Shown in pieces: positions 1-10,501 of a DNA stretch of 64,000 nt. Made by a program: the position numbers and the translations under genes. This DNA comes from Anaerolineae bacterium (lineage in GTDB: Bacteria > Chloroflexota > Anaerolineae > B4-G1 > SLSP01), in NCBI GenBank assembly GCA_049974845.1, contig JBNGCP010000002.1:47127-111126 (forward strand). The letters run 5' to 3'. Position 1 is the stretch's first letter. Each line of letters starts with the position of its first letter. The notes beneath the pieces are model-generated. The model was not told the DNA's origin, searched no databases, and saw only the letters and a program-made list of their open reading frames with translations.

Positions 1-1296
1 GTCATCGACGAAGCCTTCGACTGCTGGCGCGAGGGCAAGACACCCTATGATTACCATGTGGCGTTTGCTGACTGGTGGCAGCGTGACCTCGACAGCATGC
101 TCTACCGCGACCGCAACCATCCCTCGATCATCATGTGGAGCATTGGCAATGAGGTTGGCGAACGAAACGGTCGCTCACGGGGCGCCGAGATCGCCCGTGC
201 ATTGGCTGACCGCATTCGAGAGATCGATCCTACTCGCGCCGTCACCGCCGCCATCAACGGCGGTCACGATCGATGGCCGTGGGAAGAGACCGACGTCGTC
301 TTCGAGGCTCTGGATGTCGGCGGCTATAACTATCAAGAGAGGCAGTATCGACCCGATCATGAGCGCCACCCGCAACGGATCATGTATGGCTCTGAATCCA
401 CCGCGGGCGAAGCCTTCGAGCATTGGACCGCCGTTGAGGAGCTCCCATACGTCATCGGTGACTTCGTCTGGACTTCGCTTGACTACCTCGGCGAGGCCGG
501 CATAGGGCGTGTCCACTTCGAGGGTGAGACCCGTCAGTTCCTCGGCGAATACCCCTGGCATCAGGCCAACTGCGGCGACCTCGACCTGTGTGGCTTCAAG
601 CGACCCCAGTCCTACTATCGGGACGTCCTCTGGAACAGAGGGAGCAGAGTATGGATCGCCGTCCACGCACCCCTTCCTGTGGACAAAGAGCCGACGACCA
701 CCTACTGGGGTTGGCCGTTGGTCAGCCCAAGCTGGACATGGCCGGGGCACGAGGGTGAGACGTTCAAGGTCGATGTCTACTCACAGTGTGAGCGTGTGGA
801 GCTCTTCGTCAACGGCACATCGCTAGGTGTCCAGCCAACGGGCCCTGCCGAGCGGCACATCGCTTCTTTCGAGGTGCCCTACGAGGCCGGCGTGCTCCAC
901 GCCGCCGGCTACGATGGGGGTGAGAAGGTCGCCGAGTGGGAGCTGCAGACCGTCGGCAGCCCTGCCGGGCTCAGGCTGATCCCTGATCGCGAGGAGCTCA
1001 AGGCGGAGCCCGGCGATCTGAGTTTCGTCACCGTCGAGGTTGTCGACAAGATGGGACACGTGCATCCGGGCGCGGATAACATGATCTACTTCACCATCTC
1101 CGGTCCCGGCGTCATCGCGGCGGTGGGCAATGGTAATCCCGAAAGCGAGGAGGGCTATCGGGGCAACAGCCGTACCGCCTTCCAAGGCCGCTGCCTGGTC
1201 GTGGTTAAGACAACGGGCGCTCCCGGCAAGATCCACTTACGCGCGCAAGCCGATGGGCTGGCGATCACCGAAACGACGTTGACTGCAAAGGCTTAG
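1..1296 (+). CDS. Glycoside hydrolase family 2 (beta-galactosidase/beta-glucuronidase-like), 5'-truncated at the window edge
   Basis: Open frame from nt 1. GH2 catalytic-region motifs: DYH..F..WW, RDRNHPSIIMWSIGNE (acid/base Glu), C-terminal Ig-like/DUF4982-like tail. Stop at 1294-1296. Confidence 0.8.
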   Translation, partial: VIDEAFDCWREGKTPYDYHVAFADWWQRDLDSMLYRDRNHPSIIMWSIGNEVGERNGRSRGAEIARALADRIREIDPTRAVTAAINGGHDRWPWEETDVVFEALDVGGYNYQERQYRPDHERHPQRIMYGSESTAGEAFEHWTAVEELPYVIGDFVWTSLDYLGEAGIGRVHFEGETRQFLGEYPWHQANCGDLDLCGFKRPQSYYRDVLWNRGSRVWIAVHAPLPVDKEPTTTYWGWPLVSPSWTWPGHEGETFKVDVYSQCERVELFVNGTSLGVQPTGPAERHIASFEVPYEAGVLHAAGYDGGEKVAEWELQTVGSPAGLRLIPDREELKAEPGDLSFVTVEVVDKMGHVHPGADNMIYFTISGPGVIAAVGNGNPESEEGYRGNSRTAFQGRCLVVVKTTGAPGKIHLRAQADGLAITETTLTAKA

Positions 1297-1471
1297 TCAC
1301 AGCAATCCCTCGATTCAGCCGGCCCGCCCTAAACCTGATAGCATCCGGGGAGTGATCAACTTCCCGGATGCTGGCAGTACAGACCTCGTAGGATATGCGG
1401 TATAATCACGGTTCGCCCGTGGTGGCAAGCATTCCGGCTGATGGCCAACCCGAACCGAGGAGAACACCAAC

Positions 1472-3052
1472 GTGCGGATTCTAAAGATTGTCGTGATCGG
1501 CCTGGCCGTCTTACTTGTGATAAGCGTCGTGGGCGGGGCACTGCTCGTCGGTGCGCACTATCGCGACCGGATCATGCCCGGCGTCACGGTCGCCGGAGTT
1601 GACCTGAGCGACCACACGCGCGAGTCCGCTCGCGTCCGTGTCGCAGCGACCCTCCCCCCATCCCAGGAGCAGTCCCTCACCCTCGTCGTCGCTGATCGAA
1701 CCTGGCAACTGCCTTGGACCGAGGTCGGCCAGCGCTATGACATTGAGAGCGCCATCGACGCAGCGATGCAGGCCAAGCGGGAACGTCCGTGGTGGCTTAG
1801 CATTCTGATGGCGCTGGATCCGTCTGAAGTCGCGATCACCGTTCCCTTTATCTCTGCCGACCCCGAAGCCGTCGAGGCCTTCGTGGCACGAGTTGCCGCG
1901 GAGGCAGCCATCCCACCACGGGACGCGTCGCTGACCATCAAAGACGGGCAGGCCATCGGAGCTCCGGGGGAGAACGGGCGCGAGCTGGAGATTACCGCGG
2001 CTACTTCGCAAGTGCTAGATGCGCTTTCCGCGGGGGAGGCGCGCGTCGAGCTGGAACCTGACCCCATCTCTCCCGACATCACCACGCCCGAGCCTGCGCT
2101 CAGCCATGCTGAGGCGCTGCTATCGAGACCCTTTGTGCTCGTCGTGGAGGATCCGCTGACACGCGGTCCCGAGGAGGATCCCTACCGCGCCGAGTTTAGC
2201 GCTGAGCCCAAGCGGGTCTCCTCTTGGCTACAGCCCGTGCGCAGCGGCGACCATTTTGAGCTCCGCTACAATGCCGAGGCTGTCCGCCAGTGGCTTCAGG
2301 AGATCGCCCCGCTCCTGGGCGAGGAGCGGAGCCTGAAGATTGATGCGACCGCAAACCACATGCTGTCGGTGGCATTACCTGAGGGGAAGCACCGAGCGAC
2401 GGCTCAGCTCGAGCACCCGCCACGCATGTACGTAGTGCAGCCCGGCGATACCTTTTACGACATCGCCTTCAACCACGGCTTCCCCCAATGGCACCTGGAG
2501 CGCGCCAACCCGGACGTGGATCCGAGCGTCATCGACGTGGGTCAGGTGATCACCATCCCCTCCATCGATGTCCTCTTCCCCCATCCGCTCGTCGACGGCA
2601 AGCGGATCGAGATTGATCTCCCCACGCAGACGCTGCGAGCCTATGAGGACGATACCCTGGTCTTCGAATTCCGCGTCTCCAGCGGGATCTCCTCTACACC
2701 GACCCTAGCAGGACAGTTTCAGATCCTCTTTAAGGAGGAAATGGCCTTTGCCCAACGCTGGAGCCTCGACATGCCGTTTTTCATGGCCTTCTACGAGGAG
2801 GGTGAGGACTTCTACAATGGCATCCACGAGCTCCCTATCACCTCTTACGGAACCCGCCTCTCACCAGGCGTCCTGGGTTATCCGGCCTCCTACGGATGCG
2901 TGATCGTGGATGAAGGCGACGCTGAGGCGCTCTTCCGCTGGGCCGAAATCGGCACGCTGGTCAAGGTGATTGGGGTCGCCCCCGGCACGCCCTTTGGTCG
3001 ACAGACGCTATCAGATATCGCGCCGCCGACCCCGCCGGAAACTGAACCCTAG
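1472..3052 (+). CDS. L,D-transpeptidase (YkuD catalytic domain) with LysM peptidoglycan-binding domain and N-terminal membrane anchor
   Basis: GTG start preceded by GAGGAG. N-terminal TM helix. LysM motif YVVQPGDTFYDIA...VGQVITIP. YkuD motif H...SYGCVIV near the C-terminus. Confidence 0.75.
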   Translation: MRILKIVVIGLAVLLVISVVGGALLVGAHYRDRIMPGVTVAGVDLSDHTRESARVRVAATLPPSQEQSLTLVVADRTWQLPWTEVGQRYDIESAIDAAMQAKRERPWWLSILMALDPSEVAITVPFISADPEAVEAFVARVAAEAAIPPRDASLTIKDGQAIGAPGENGRELEITAATSQVLDALSAGEARVELEPDPISPDITTPEPALSHAEALLSRPFVLVVEDPLTRGPEEDPYRAEFSAEPKRVSSWLQPVRSGDHFELRYNAEAVRQWLQEIAPLLGEERSLKIDATANHMLSVALPEGKHRATAQLEHPPRMYVVQPGDTFYDIAFNHGFPQWHLERANPDVDPSVIDVGQVITIPSIDVLFPHPLVDGKRIEIDLPTQTLRAYEDDTLVFEFRVSSGISSTPTLAGQFQILFKEEMAFAQRWSLDMPFFMAFYEEGEDFYNGIHELPITSYGTRLSPGVLGYPASYGCVIVDEGDAEALFRWAEIGTLVKVIGVAPGTPFGRQTLSDIAPPTPPETEP

Positions 3053-3061
3053 CCCCCCGCG

Positions 3062-3856
3062 CTAGGCTGGTGAGTAGACGATGGCCGTGTTATAGGGAAT
3101 GACCACCGGCTTCGGACCGTCCGGTGGAAGCATCACCGCCCATTGATGTGGGTCGTAGGTACGCTTTGTGAAGCATTCGTAGTGAGCGGGCACGACCGCC
3201 TTGAGATCTAGCTTCATTGCCAGCGACACCGCACCCTCAAAATACGGGAACTCCCCCTCCGTCGGATGCATCGTCAGCAGACCGATGTCGGGTTCGAGAG
3301 CCGCGACTGGCTCCACCAGTTCATCGTGCTCGGCAAAGGTGTTGATCAGGTCCCCAGTGACGTAGATGCTGACAGGGCCGGCATCAATCACGTAGCCCAG
3401 GTGATCGACATCAGGCGGTGCGATGCCATCCTCCGGCGCCCCTTGCGGGGGTTTCGACCAGAGCGCTGTCGCCCGCATCGTGCCCAGATCCAGGGCCTCC
3501 CCCGCGTGGACCGTCATCAGACTCTGCTCAGGTATCCCACTGTCCAACATGCGCCGCACGCTCTCCGGAGGCCCGATCAGTTTGGCATCGGGATGTGCCG
3601 CATGGATCCTCTGCAGCGACTCGATGCACGTATGGTCGCCGTGATCGTGCGTTAGGAGAACGTAGTCCGGTCGCAGGTCGGCCTCATCCAGAGGCGGCTC
3701 CGGATGGATGAAGCGCTCCGGCGGTCGTTCGTGTGGAAAATAAGGATCGACCAAAACGATCGTGCCCCCCGCGTCCTTCAAGGCAAAGGAGTTCTGCCCA
3801 AACCAGTGGATACCGACGGATCCCTCCGAAACGGAAAGTGACTCAAAGGCGTGCAT
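3062..3856 (-). CDS. MBL-fold metallo-hydrolase
   Basis: THDHGDHT metal-binding motif. About 260 aa, beta-lactamase-fold pattern. Confidence 0.7.
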   Translation of the reverse strand: MHAFESLSVSEGSVGIHWFGQNSFALKDAGGTIVLVDPYFPHERPPERFIHPEPPLDEADLRPDYVLLTHDHGDHTCIESLQRIHAAHPDAKLIGPPESVRRMLDSGIPEQSLMTVHAGEALDLGTMRATALWSKPPQGAPEDGIAPPDVDHLGYVIDAGPVSIYVTGDLINTFAEHDELVEPVAALEPDIGLLTMHPTEGEFPYFEGAVSLAMKLDLKAVVPAHYECFTKRTYDPHQWAVMLPPDGPKPVVIPYNTAIVYSPA

Positions 3857-3961
3857 GAACCCTCCTCATCTTGCATAGATATGAAGTGAAAAGCTGCGCG
3901 CGTCAACGCTACGGAACGCGCCTCAGCATACCATCCGGCGCGGTGAAGAACAGCCGATCTC

Positions 3962-5365
3962 TCACACTTCCTCGGCCTGCGTCCACGGCGTCCGAATGTG
4001 GCCCCACTCACACGTGACTTCCTCATAGTGTGCAAGACCGTCACGCTGCACATAGGCGTCACCAGGCAGGAACTCATCACCCAGACGCGCCAACCATCCC
4101 TGCAGCTCTTGCTCCAGCGCGTCTTGCAGCCCGGCGTGCTGAGGATCACCGCACAGATTCTTAAGCTGGTAGGGATCTGCCTCATTGTCATAGAGCAACC
4201 AGGGCCCGCGCGTGCTCCGGACATAGGTATGGCGACGGGTCCTGACACCCCGGTAGGGCGGCAGGCCCTGGCTTCGCAGCATCCCATAGCTCACCGGCAC
4301 CGATAGAAACGCTGAGGACTTCACGTCCGGCGCGATTTCACCTCGGATTGCCGGCGAGAGATCCTCACCCTGCACGCCATTGGGTGCCACCAGCCCACAC
4401 AGGCCCAGGAGTGTCGGCATGATGTCCGGGGCATCGATGAGAAGGTCCAGCTCCTGACCCTCCCATCCAAGTAGGGCCGGATAGCGCAACAGAAACGGGA
4501 CGCGGATCGACTCATCCCACGGGCAGTGCTTGGTGCGCAGCCCTTGACTGTAATGCATGTCGCCGTGATCGGATGTGAAAACGAAGAGGGTGTCCTCGGC
4601 AATCCCAACCTCGCCGAGGGTATCCAGAAGCGCTGCCACACAGTCATCGAGCGCCGCAATATGCGCATAGTAACCCCTGAGCGTCTTGGTCGCCGCGGCG
4701 TGCCGTTCCGCGGGCACATTGGGCCGCAGGACTACATCCTCGCCCTTGAACCGCGCTGCATACGAAGCAGGAACCTGATCGTAGGGGTCATGCGGTGGCC
4801 CCCACGAAAGCATCAGAAAGAAAGGTGCGCCCTCATCAGCATGGGCTCGGATATACTCGCAAGCGTCCTTCGTCTGCGCGATTGCATCGTAACCCTCCCA
4901 CAGGTGTGGCTCGGGATCGTCACCCGCGTAGTAGGGTGAGTGCATGTAGTTGTGGCTGCACTCAAAGGCCTTCCAGTACTCGAAACCCTGCCGGCTTTCG
5001 GGCGGGATGTAGGCACTACGCCGGCCGTATGCACCATCGGGGCTGCCGTAGAGGTGCCATTTGCCGACATAGGCCGTGCCATATCCTGCCTCGGCGTAAA
5101 CCTCAGCGATGGAGACAAAATCGTTGCTCAGCGGCACGTCGTTGACGTAGACACCGCTGCTCAGTGGATATCGTCCGGTGAGCAGGCTGGCCCTGTAGGG
5201 ACAACACACGGGATGGCCCGAGACGGCATGGGTGAGATTAACGCTTTCACAGGCCAGATGGTCTAGTGTCGGGGTCCGGGCATTCGGATCGCCGGCATAG
5301 CCCGTGGCCTGCGCCCGCATCTGATCGGCAAAGACAAAGATGACGTTAGGCTGTGCGACTGCCAT
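3962..5365 (-). CDS. Cys-type sulfatase (formylglycine-dependent arylsulfatase family)
   Basis: N-terminal VIFVFADQ, signature CCPYRASLLTGRYP (C-x-P-x-R), sulfatase fold motifs GKWH and SDHGD. Confidence 0.85.
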   Translation of the reverse strand: MAVAQPNVIFVFADQMRAQATGYAGDPNARTPTLDHLACESVNLTHAVSGHPVCCPYRASLLTGRYPLSSGVYVNDVPLSNDFVSIAEVYAEAGYGTAYVGKWHLYGSPDGAYGRRSAYIPPESRQGFEYWKAFECSHNYMHSPYYAGDDPEPHLWEGYDAIAQTKDACEYIRAHADEGAPFFLMLSWGPPHDPYDQVPASYAARFKGEDVVLRPNVPAERHAAATKTLRGYYAHIAALDDCVAALLDTLGEVGIAEDTLFVFTSDHGDMHYSQGLRTKHCPWDESIRVPFLLRYPALLGWEGQELDLLIDAPDIMPTLLGLCGLVAPNGVQGEDLSPAIRGEIAPDVKSSAFLSVPVSYGMLRSQGLPPYRGVRTRRHTYVRSTRGPWLLYDNEADPYQLKNLCGDPQHAGLQDALEQELQGWLARLGDEFLPGDAYVQRDGLAHYEEVTCEWGHIRTPWTQAEEV

Positions 5366-5433
5366 GGTGATCCACCTCCCTTTCTACCGCTAACGCGAAA
5401 TCCAGGCGGTCGGCGAGGCCTACGACACAGGCC

Positions 5434-6513
5434 TCAGCGAGTCATCGGGAGCGTGACCGGCATCGCCGTCCGGCCCGATTCATACGCCGCAACGAAGACC
5501 TCCAGATCCTTGCGTCCCTCCTCAGCCGGCACGTCGGGCTCACGTCCTTCAAGCACAGCCTCGGCAAAGCGGTCGAGATAGGTGGCGTAGGCCAGCTGGT
5601 TCGCCTCTTGCGGAAACTCAAGTTGCACCCACTCACCGGCATCAAGGCCATCCCCTCCGACCTCACTGTAGACGAGAAGATCGTTGTCTGCAAACACGAT
5701 CTGCCCCTGCGTGCCGAAGATCCGGTTCCCAGCGGCCCGCGTGCCGCGGATACCGCTCTTCGCAGCACCCGGCGCGCAGGAACCGGCCATAAAGGTCCCT
5801 AAGGCCCCGTTCTCGTAGCGAAGCGTCACCGCGATAAAGTCCTCGACCTCCACCGGCGTTCGATACGTATCGTACTCCGCAAAGACACGCGTGACCTCCA
5901 GGCCGGTAATGTGACGCAGCCGGTAGATATCATAGATGTAGTTCATGATGAGGATGCCACCGCCGGACTCGTCCTTCGACTTGCGCCACTCCGTCTTGAC
6001 GCGCCCCGTGTACCCGCCGCTCCAGTAGCTCTCTGGCTTATTAGCGGCGCCGAAGACCTGCGTTGCCATCACCTCGCCGATGACGCCCTGCTCCACCAGG
6101 GCCTTTGCCTTGGCGGTCGCTGGCTGATAGCGCACACTCCCCTCTTTTGAGGAGCAGAGTACGCCTGCGCGCTGACACGCCTCGATAAGTGCGTCGGCAT
6201 CCACCAGCGTCGTGGCCATCGGCTTCTCAACGATGACGTGCTTGCCGGCTTCCGCGGCACGAATGCCCAACGGGGCGTGGAGGTTGTGAGGGGTCGAGAT
6301 GATCACGGCATCCACCTCGGGATGTTCCAGCACATCCTCCAGCGAGGTCGAGCAGGGGATTCCAAAACGCGCCTCAAAAGTCGTCGCCATCTCGGTGACC
6401 GGGTCCATCCCTGCGACCATCGTCGCCTTCGACGTCCGTTGAAAGAGTTCACCGGTGGATGTGTACGCAATCTCTCCAAGACCAATCAGACCAAAACGAA
6501 GCTTACGAGTCAC
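5434..6513 (-). CDS. Gfo/Idh/MocA family NAD(P)-dependent oxidoreductase
   Basis: Rossmann motif FGLIGLGEIA, EKP catalytic-region motif AGKHVIVEKPMA. GTG start at 6513 with AAGGAG 7 nt upstream. The longer ORF-track start at 6555 has no RBS. Confidence 0.8.
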   Translation of the reverse strand: MTRKLRFGLIGLGEIAYTSTGELFQRTSKATMVAGMDPVTEMATTFEARFGIPCSTSLEDVLEHPEVDAVIISTPHNLHAPLGIRAAEAGKHVIVEKPMATTLVDADALIEACQRAGVLCSSKEGSVRYQPATAKAKALVEQGVIGEVMATQVFGAANKPESYWSGGYTGRVKTEWRKSKDESGGGILIMNYIYDIYRLRHITGLEVTRVFAEYDTYRTPVEVEDFIAVTLRYENGALGTFMAGSCAPGAAKSGIRGTRAAGNRIFGTQGQIVFADNDLLVYSEVGGDGLDAGEWVQLEFPQEANQLAYATYLDRFAEAVLEGREPDVPAEEGRKDLEVFVAAYESGRTAMPVTLPMTR

Positions 6514-6585
6514 GGATACGCTCCTTGACGGGAATAGTGATGAAATCGAACACACAGTTGGCGAGCACTGTCATAGCGCGCCACG

Positions 6586-6616
6586 CCAAATAGGGAGGCG
6601 CGCTGAGCACGCCTCC
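6586..6616 (-). terminator. Possible weak intrinsic terminator or stem-loop between the isomerase and oxidoreductase genes
   Basis: 7-bp GC stem GGAGGCG/CGCCTCC with a 9-nt loop. On the minus strand it is followed by CTATTTGG (weak U tract). Confidence 0.25.
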
Positions 6617-6672
6617 CCAGGCTACTTCCACCTAGATAGGAGTCAACCTACGGGCCGCGACGGTGTATCCGG

Positions 6673-7476
6673 CTACCTCGCGCCGCAGGCCTGCAGCGAC
6701 GCTTGCATATGCCCGCGAGACTCCGCCGCGATCACACAGCACTGCTCGAGCGTATAGCCCATGCGCTTGGTGCCGATGATCTCGAGGTTGAGCGGCCCTT
6801 CATAGCCATGCTCGTGGAGGACACGCACATAACCGACCAGATCGATGTCGCCCCGCCCATTGGCCTGCATCGCCGGCTCGCCGGGTCGGGGTCCGCGGCC
6901 CTTACAATCGCGAATATGCACGTGCTTGACCCGCGAGATCACAGCCTCGATGGCCTCGACGGGATTCTCTCCGGCACGATAGATGTGGGAGGGATCCATG
7001 TCAATGCCAAAGGCCGACGAGGTCACCGCCTCCATCATACGCAGCGTGCTCTGCGTATCGTGGATCGCAGCACCAACGTGAGCCTTCACGCAGAGCGTCA
7101 CACCATACGACTCGGCCATCTCCGCCAAGGCGGATAGCGAGTCCGCAGTCTGCTGGAAGCTCTCCTCATCGTCCGCTTTACCACCTGGCCCGCAGTTCAC
7201 GATGGGGATTCCGAGCTCCGCCGCGGCCCTAAACGCCATCTTCATACGCTCCGGATCCTGCGATGGCTGCTCCATCGCCAGGAGCTCCAGGCCGTAGGTC
7301 GCTGACAGCCCCTTGATCTCGGGCACCAGCTCCTCCCACCGCTCCAGGACCAGGTGCTCACTCATACCGGGAATCGCCGACAGCTCGATGCCGTCGTAGC
7401 CCGCCATCGCTGTGTACTTGAAGGCCGTTTCCATATCGAAGGCGCCAAAGAGCACCGAATTCGCGCCAAGTCTCAT
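6673..7476 (-). CDS. Sugar phosphate isomerase/epimerase (xylose isomerase-like TIM barrel)
   Basis: AP-endonuclease-2/xylose-isomerase-like pattern across about 267 aa (GYDGIEL, HVHIRD-type metal-site motifs). Confidence 0.7.
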   Translation of the reverse strand: MRLGANSVLFGAFDMETAFKYTAMAGYDGIELSAIPGMSEHLVLERWEELVPEIKGLSATYGLELLAMEQPSQDPERMKMAFRAAAELGIPIVNCGPGGKADDEESFQQTADSLSALAEMAESYGVTLCVKAHVGAAIHDTQSTLRMMEAVTSSAFGIDMDPSHIYRAGENPVEAIEAVISRVKHVHIRDCKGRGPRPGEPAMQANGRGDIDLVGYVRVLHEHGYEGPLNLEIIGTKRMGYTLEQCCVIAAESRGHMQASLQACGAR

Positions 7477-7509
7477 ATTCTCTCCTCTCTATTGCCCAAG
7501 AAGCTCAGT

Positions 7510-8559
7510 CTACAGTGGAAACGCGACCCGCCGGCCCTCACGAGCCGATTGGTATGCCCCCAACACCATCTCCACAGAGACGCGACCGTCCTCGGCCGTC
7601 ACCGGCGGAGGCGTATCATTCTTTATGCAGTCGACAAAAGACCGAGGCACCCCCGCGATGCGTTCTCCATGCCGAGCAGGGATGGGGATCCCAAGATCCT
7701 CCCAGCCTTCTCCTCCGCGCCGGAACAGCTTTAGCGCCGCAGCGTCCGGCGGCGCCAGATGTGTCGAGACAGCATCGTCGTAATTCTGAATCAACACGCC
7801 CTGATCGCCGTAGATCTCGGTGGTATTCTCACCGGCCAACGTGACCGAGGAGTTGACCAAGACGACCATCGCACCGCTGGCGTAGCGGTAGATAGCCACC
7901 CCGGTATCGTCTGGGGCGATATCGGTGATCGTGTTGTCAATCTCCGCCATCACACTGACCGGGCGCCCCATCACCCAATGGATGAAGTCTGTAGCGTGGG
8001 AGGCGTCGTCCATCCACATGCCCATGTTTTTCTCGGGATCAATATGCCAACTGGTAAGGCCGTTGACGAAGCTGTCGCTGAAGAGCACGGGGATGCAGTG
8101 GCGACGGCGCATCCAGGCGATGTTGCCGAGAACTCCTTCCTCGACCAGGGCCTTGATCTTCTGATTCGACGAATCGTGGCGCATCTGATAGGCCATCACG
8201 AACTTGACGCCAGCTTTGTCGGCGGCCTCCGCCATTCGATCGCAGTCCTCAAGCGTCAAGGCCATCGGCTTCTGACAGAGGATGTCCTTGCCTGCCTCCG
8301 CTGCAACAATCGCCATCTCCGGATGCCGATTCGTCTCGCACGTGACGATGACGCCCTGGATCTCAGGGTCATCGAGCACGTCCTCCAAATGCGGCGTGTA
8401 GCGCATCCCGTAGTTCTCAGCGGCTTCCTTGCCGCGCTCTTCGTTATCGTCCCAACAGGAGACCAGCTTCACGTCGTCATACGTGAGCATACGCTGGCAG
8501 TAGGCCTGGGAATGGCCGTGGGCAAAGCTGATCACACCAATACCGATAGGAACCGTCAT
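7510..8559 (-). CDS. Gfo/Idh/MocA family oxidoreductase
   Basis: N-terminal Rossmann IGIGVISFAHGH, AGKDILCQKPMA motif. Confidence 0.8.
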   Translation of the reverse strand: MTVPIGIGVISFAHGHSQAYCQRMLTYDDVKLVSCWDDNEERGKEAAENYGMRYTPHLEDVLDDPEIQGVIVTCETNRHPEMAIVAAEAGKDILCQKPMALTLEDCDRMAEAADKAGVKFVMAYQMRHDSSNQKIKALVEEGVLGNIAWMRRRHCIPVLFSDSFVNGLTSWHIDPEKNMGMWMDDASHATDFIHWVMGRPVSVMAEIDNTITDIAPDDTGVAIYRYASGAMVVLVNSSVTLAGENTTEIYGDQGVLIQNYDDAVSTHLAPPDAAALKLFRRGGEGWEDLGIPIPARHGERIAGVPRSFVDCIKNDTPPPVTAEDGRVSVEMVLGAYQSAREGRRVAFPL

Positions 8560-8563
8560 TATC

Positions 8564-9559
8564 TCACCTCACGTAGACGATAGAGTTAGTTTCGAGCGAT
8601 TCGATGGCCGCCTGTAGCACTTTCTGCGCAGCGAGGCCATCGGCCCCGGATGCGTCGATCTCCTCAGGGGCCACGCCGTCGCTCACCTGCTGCAGGAAGG
8701 TATGGATGCGGTTACGGAATGTATCTACGAAGTCACGGTGACCGCCGAAGACCGGATTCGTGTACTGGAGCTTCTCGAAGTCACCAGCCGGATAGAGCGT
8801 CACCTGTCGCCACATGTCCTCGAGGACGAAGCGGCCCTTGGTGCCCGCGACCTCACAGCGCTCCATAGGATGGCCACGCTCGATGTCGTAGGAGCCGCTG
8901 AGCGTGCCGACAGCGCCGTTCGCGAACTTCATGTTGAAGGAGGCCGTCGACCAGATCTGGCGCCCGGGCGCCTTCGTCGCAAAGCACTGCACCGCTTCGA
9001 CATCACCGCAGAAATGCCGCATCACGTCGACCGTATGCGGATGTAGCGACTTGATCATATAGTACGGCGAGCTCTCGTTCGGGTTCATGATCCACATCGC
9101 CATATTGACGAAGAGCAGATCGCCAAGGCGTCCCTCGCCCTGCCAGCGCTTGGCGATTTGTGCAGCCTCGGTGAAGCGGTGGTTCAGGTCAATACCGTAG
9201 CAGAGGCCCGTTTCTTTCGCCTTCGCGACCATTTCCTCGGCCTTCGGTATCTCATTGCAGATCGGCTTCTCGCCCAGAACGTGACAACCCGCTTCGAAGG
9301 CTTGCAGGGTCGGTTCGTAGTGATCACTACCATTCTCGAAACCCGCCGTTGCAATGCTGCAGACATCCGGCGAGAGAGCGTCGAGCATCTCCTGAGCATC
9401 GTAGAACGCCGGCACGCCGAACCGCGCGGCGGCGGCATCAGCCCGCTCTTTGATGATATCGCAAACCCCAACCAGATCCGCCAGCGGGTCCTCCTGATGA
9501 ATCATGGCATGGCGGTTCCCAATCGGTCCCATCCCAATCACAGCTACACGTAATGTCAT
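8564..9559 (-). CDS. Gfo/Idh/MocA family oxidoreductase
   Basis: VAVIGMGPIGNRHA Rossmann motif, GCHVLGEKPI motif. 4-nt gap from the upstream gene. Confidence 0.8.
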   Translation of the reverse strand: MTLRVAVIGMGPIGNRHAMIHQEDPLADLVGVCDIIKERADAAAARFGVPAFYDAQEMLDALSPDVCSIATAGFENGSDHYEPTLQAFEAGCHVLGEKPICNEIPKAEEMVAKAKETGLCYGIDLNHRFTEAAQIAKRWQGEGRLGDLLFVNMAMWIMNPNESSPYYMIKSLHPHTVDVMRHFCGDVEAVQCFATKAPGRQIWSTASFNMKFANGAVGTLSGSYDIERGHPMERCEVAGTKGRFVLEDMWRQVTLYPAGDFEKLQYTNPVFGGHRDFVDTFRNRIHTFLQQVSDGVAPEEIDASGADGLAAQKVLQAAIESLETNSIVYVR

Positions 9560-9645
9560 TGTGTCACTCCTTGTCTCGTGAGCGCGTTCCCGTCGAGACG
9601 TGTTGGAACATGCTCACGCTGGAACGTTCAAACGTCTTCACACGC

Positions 9646-10413
9646 CTATAACGACACAGCTTCGCACTGCTGACGTTTCGGCGCTTCCTCAGGGATCTCA
9701 TACCCATAGCGCGCCATCGCCGGTGCGAGAAAGTGGAAGTAGTTTGTGCCATCGTCCTGCTTCCAGCGGTCAACGGCCTCGGCGCGCACCGGTATCCGGG
9801 CCAACTCGATCCCGAGAAAGTCCTCAAGCTCGACCAGCGTCTCGTCCCGACGAAGGACGAAATCCTCGAAGCGTACCTCCAGGTAGTGCGCGGGCTTCGG
9901 CGTGGAGGCCACAAGGTCGTATTGGTACTTCCAGGAGATGGCACGGCGGCGGCGCTCATCGTCGGTCGGCGGATACTCCACGCCGAAGTCACGAAGGTCG
10001 TCGGTCAGATGACGCCCGAGGATGCAATCGCGGGGATTTCGGACCCAGTAGATGTATTTGGCCTCAGGAAAGAGCCGGATGATCCACGGCAGAACCAACG
10101 TGGTCTCCGGAAGCTTCCATCCTTTGTGCTCCGAAGAGCTTTTTAGAACGCTCCTGAGATAGCCATAGAGCAGGTCGGTGAACGCCTCGGGAATCTCCGC
10201 CTCTCGTGCCGCATCCCAGTTCCACTGTAGGTCACCTTCCCAGCTCACGTAGGAGCCGAAGACGCGACAGGCTTCATACATGTCGTGGGCCGGCACGAGA
10301 TCGCCGGACCGGTTGAGCAGCCCCCCCATATAGACGCCGCTGGCATAGAGAGTATGGGATATCGCGCGCGTCCCTGAATGCCCGCGACCGACAACGATAA
10401 TGATCGACGACAT
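9646..10413 (-). CDS. PAPS-dependent sulfotransferase family protein
   Basis: Start MSSIIIVVGRGHSGT (5'-phosphosulfate-binding loop, PKSGTT-like) preceded by AAGGAG. RNPRD 3'-phosphate-binding-like motif. The ORF-track N-terminal extension (Arg/Cys-rich) has no RBS and looks spurious. Confidence 0.7.
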   Translation of the reverse strand: MSSIIIVVGRGHSGTRAISHTLYASGVYMGGLLNRSGDLVPAHDMYEACRVFGSYVSWEGDLQWNWDAAREAEIPEAFTDLLYGYLRSVLKSSSEHKGWKLPETTLVLPWIIRLFPEAKYIYWVRNPRDCILGRHLTDDLRDFGVEYPPTDDERRRRAISWKYQYDLVASTPKPAHYLEVRFEDFVLRRDETLVELEDFLGIELARIPVRAEAVDRWKQDDGTNYFHFLAPAMARYGYEIPEEAPKRQQCEAVSL

Positions 10414-10501
10414 AAGGTAACTCCTTGCCCACAAAGTCCTTGGCCTGCAACGGGCTCTGATGCGGCGCCTTCGCTCTACTGAAGACGCCGCGCGCGCTCG
10501 T

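Noticed and set aside
47-505. Numerous ORF-track entries lie antisense to, or frame-shifted within, large genes. Examples: 47-505, 175-750, 4795-5145, 19452-20057, 34638-37163 (841 aa), 45262-46833 (523 aa), 62770-63576.
   Set aside because: They are Arg/Pro/Ala-rich low-complexity translations typical of alternative frames in 65% GC DNA. They overlap genes with clear family signatures and have no RBS or domain motifs.
1330-1410. Hairpin ATCCGGG-N12-CCCGGAT after the GH2 gene, and a TATAAT hexamer at 1401-1406 upstream of the L,D-transpeptidase gene.
   Set aside because: The stem is short, has a large loop and no U-tract. The -10 has no convincing -35 partner. Too weak to call as terminator or promoter.
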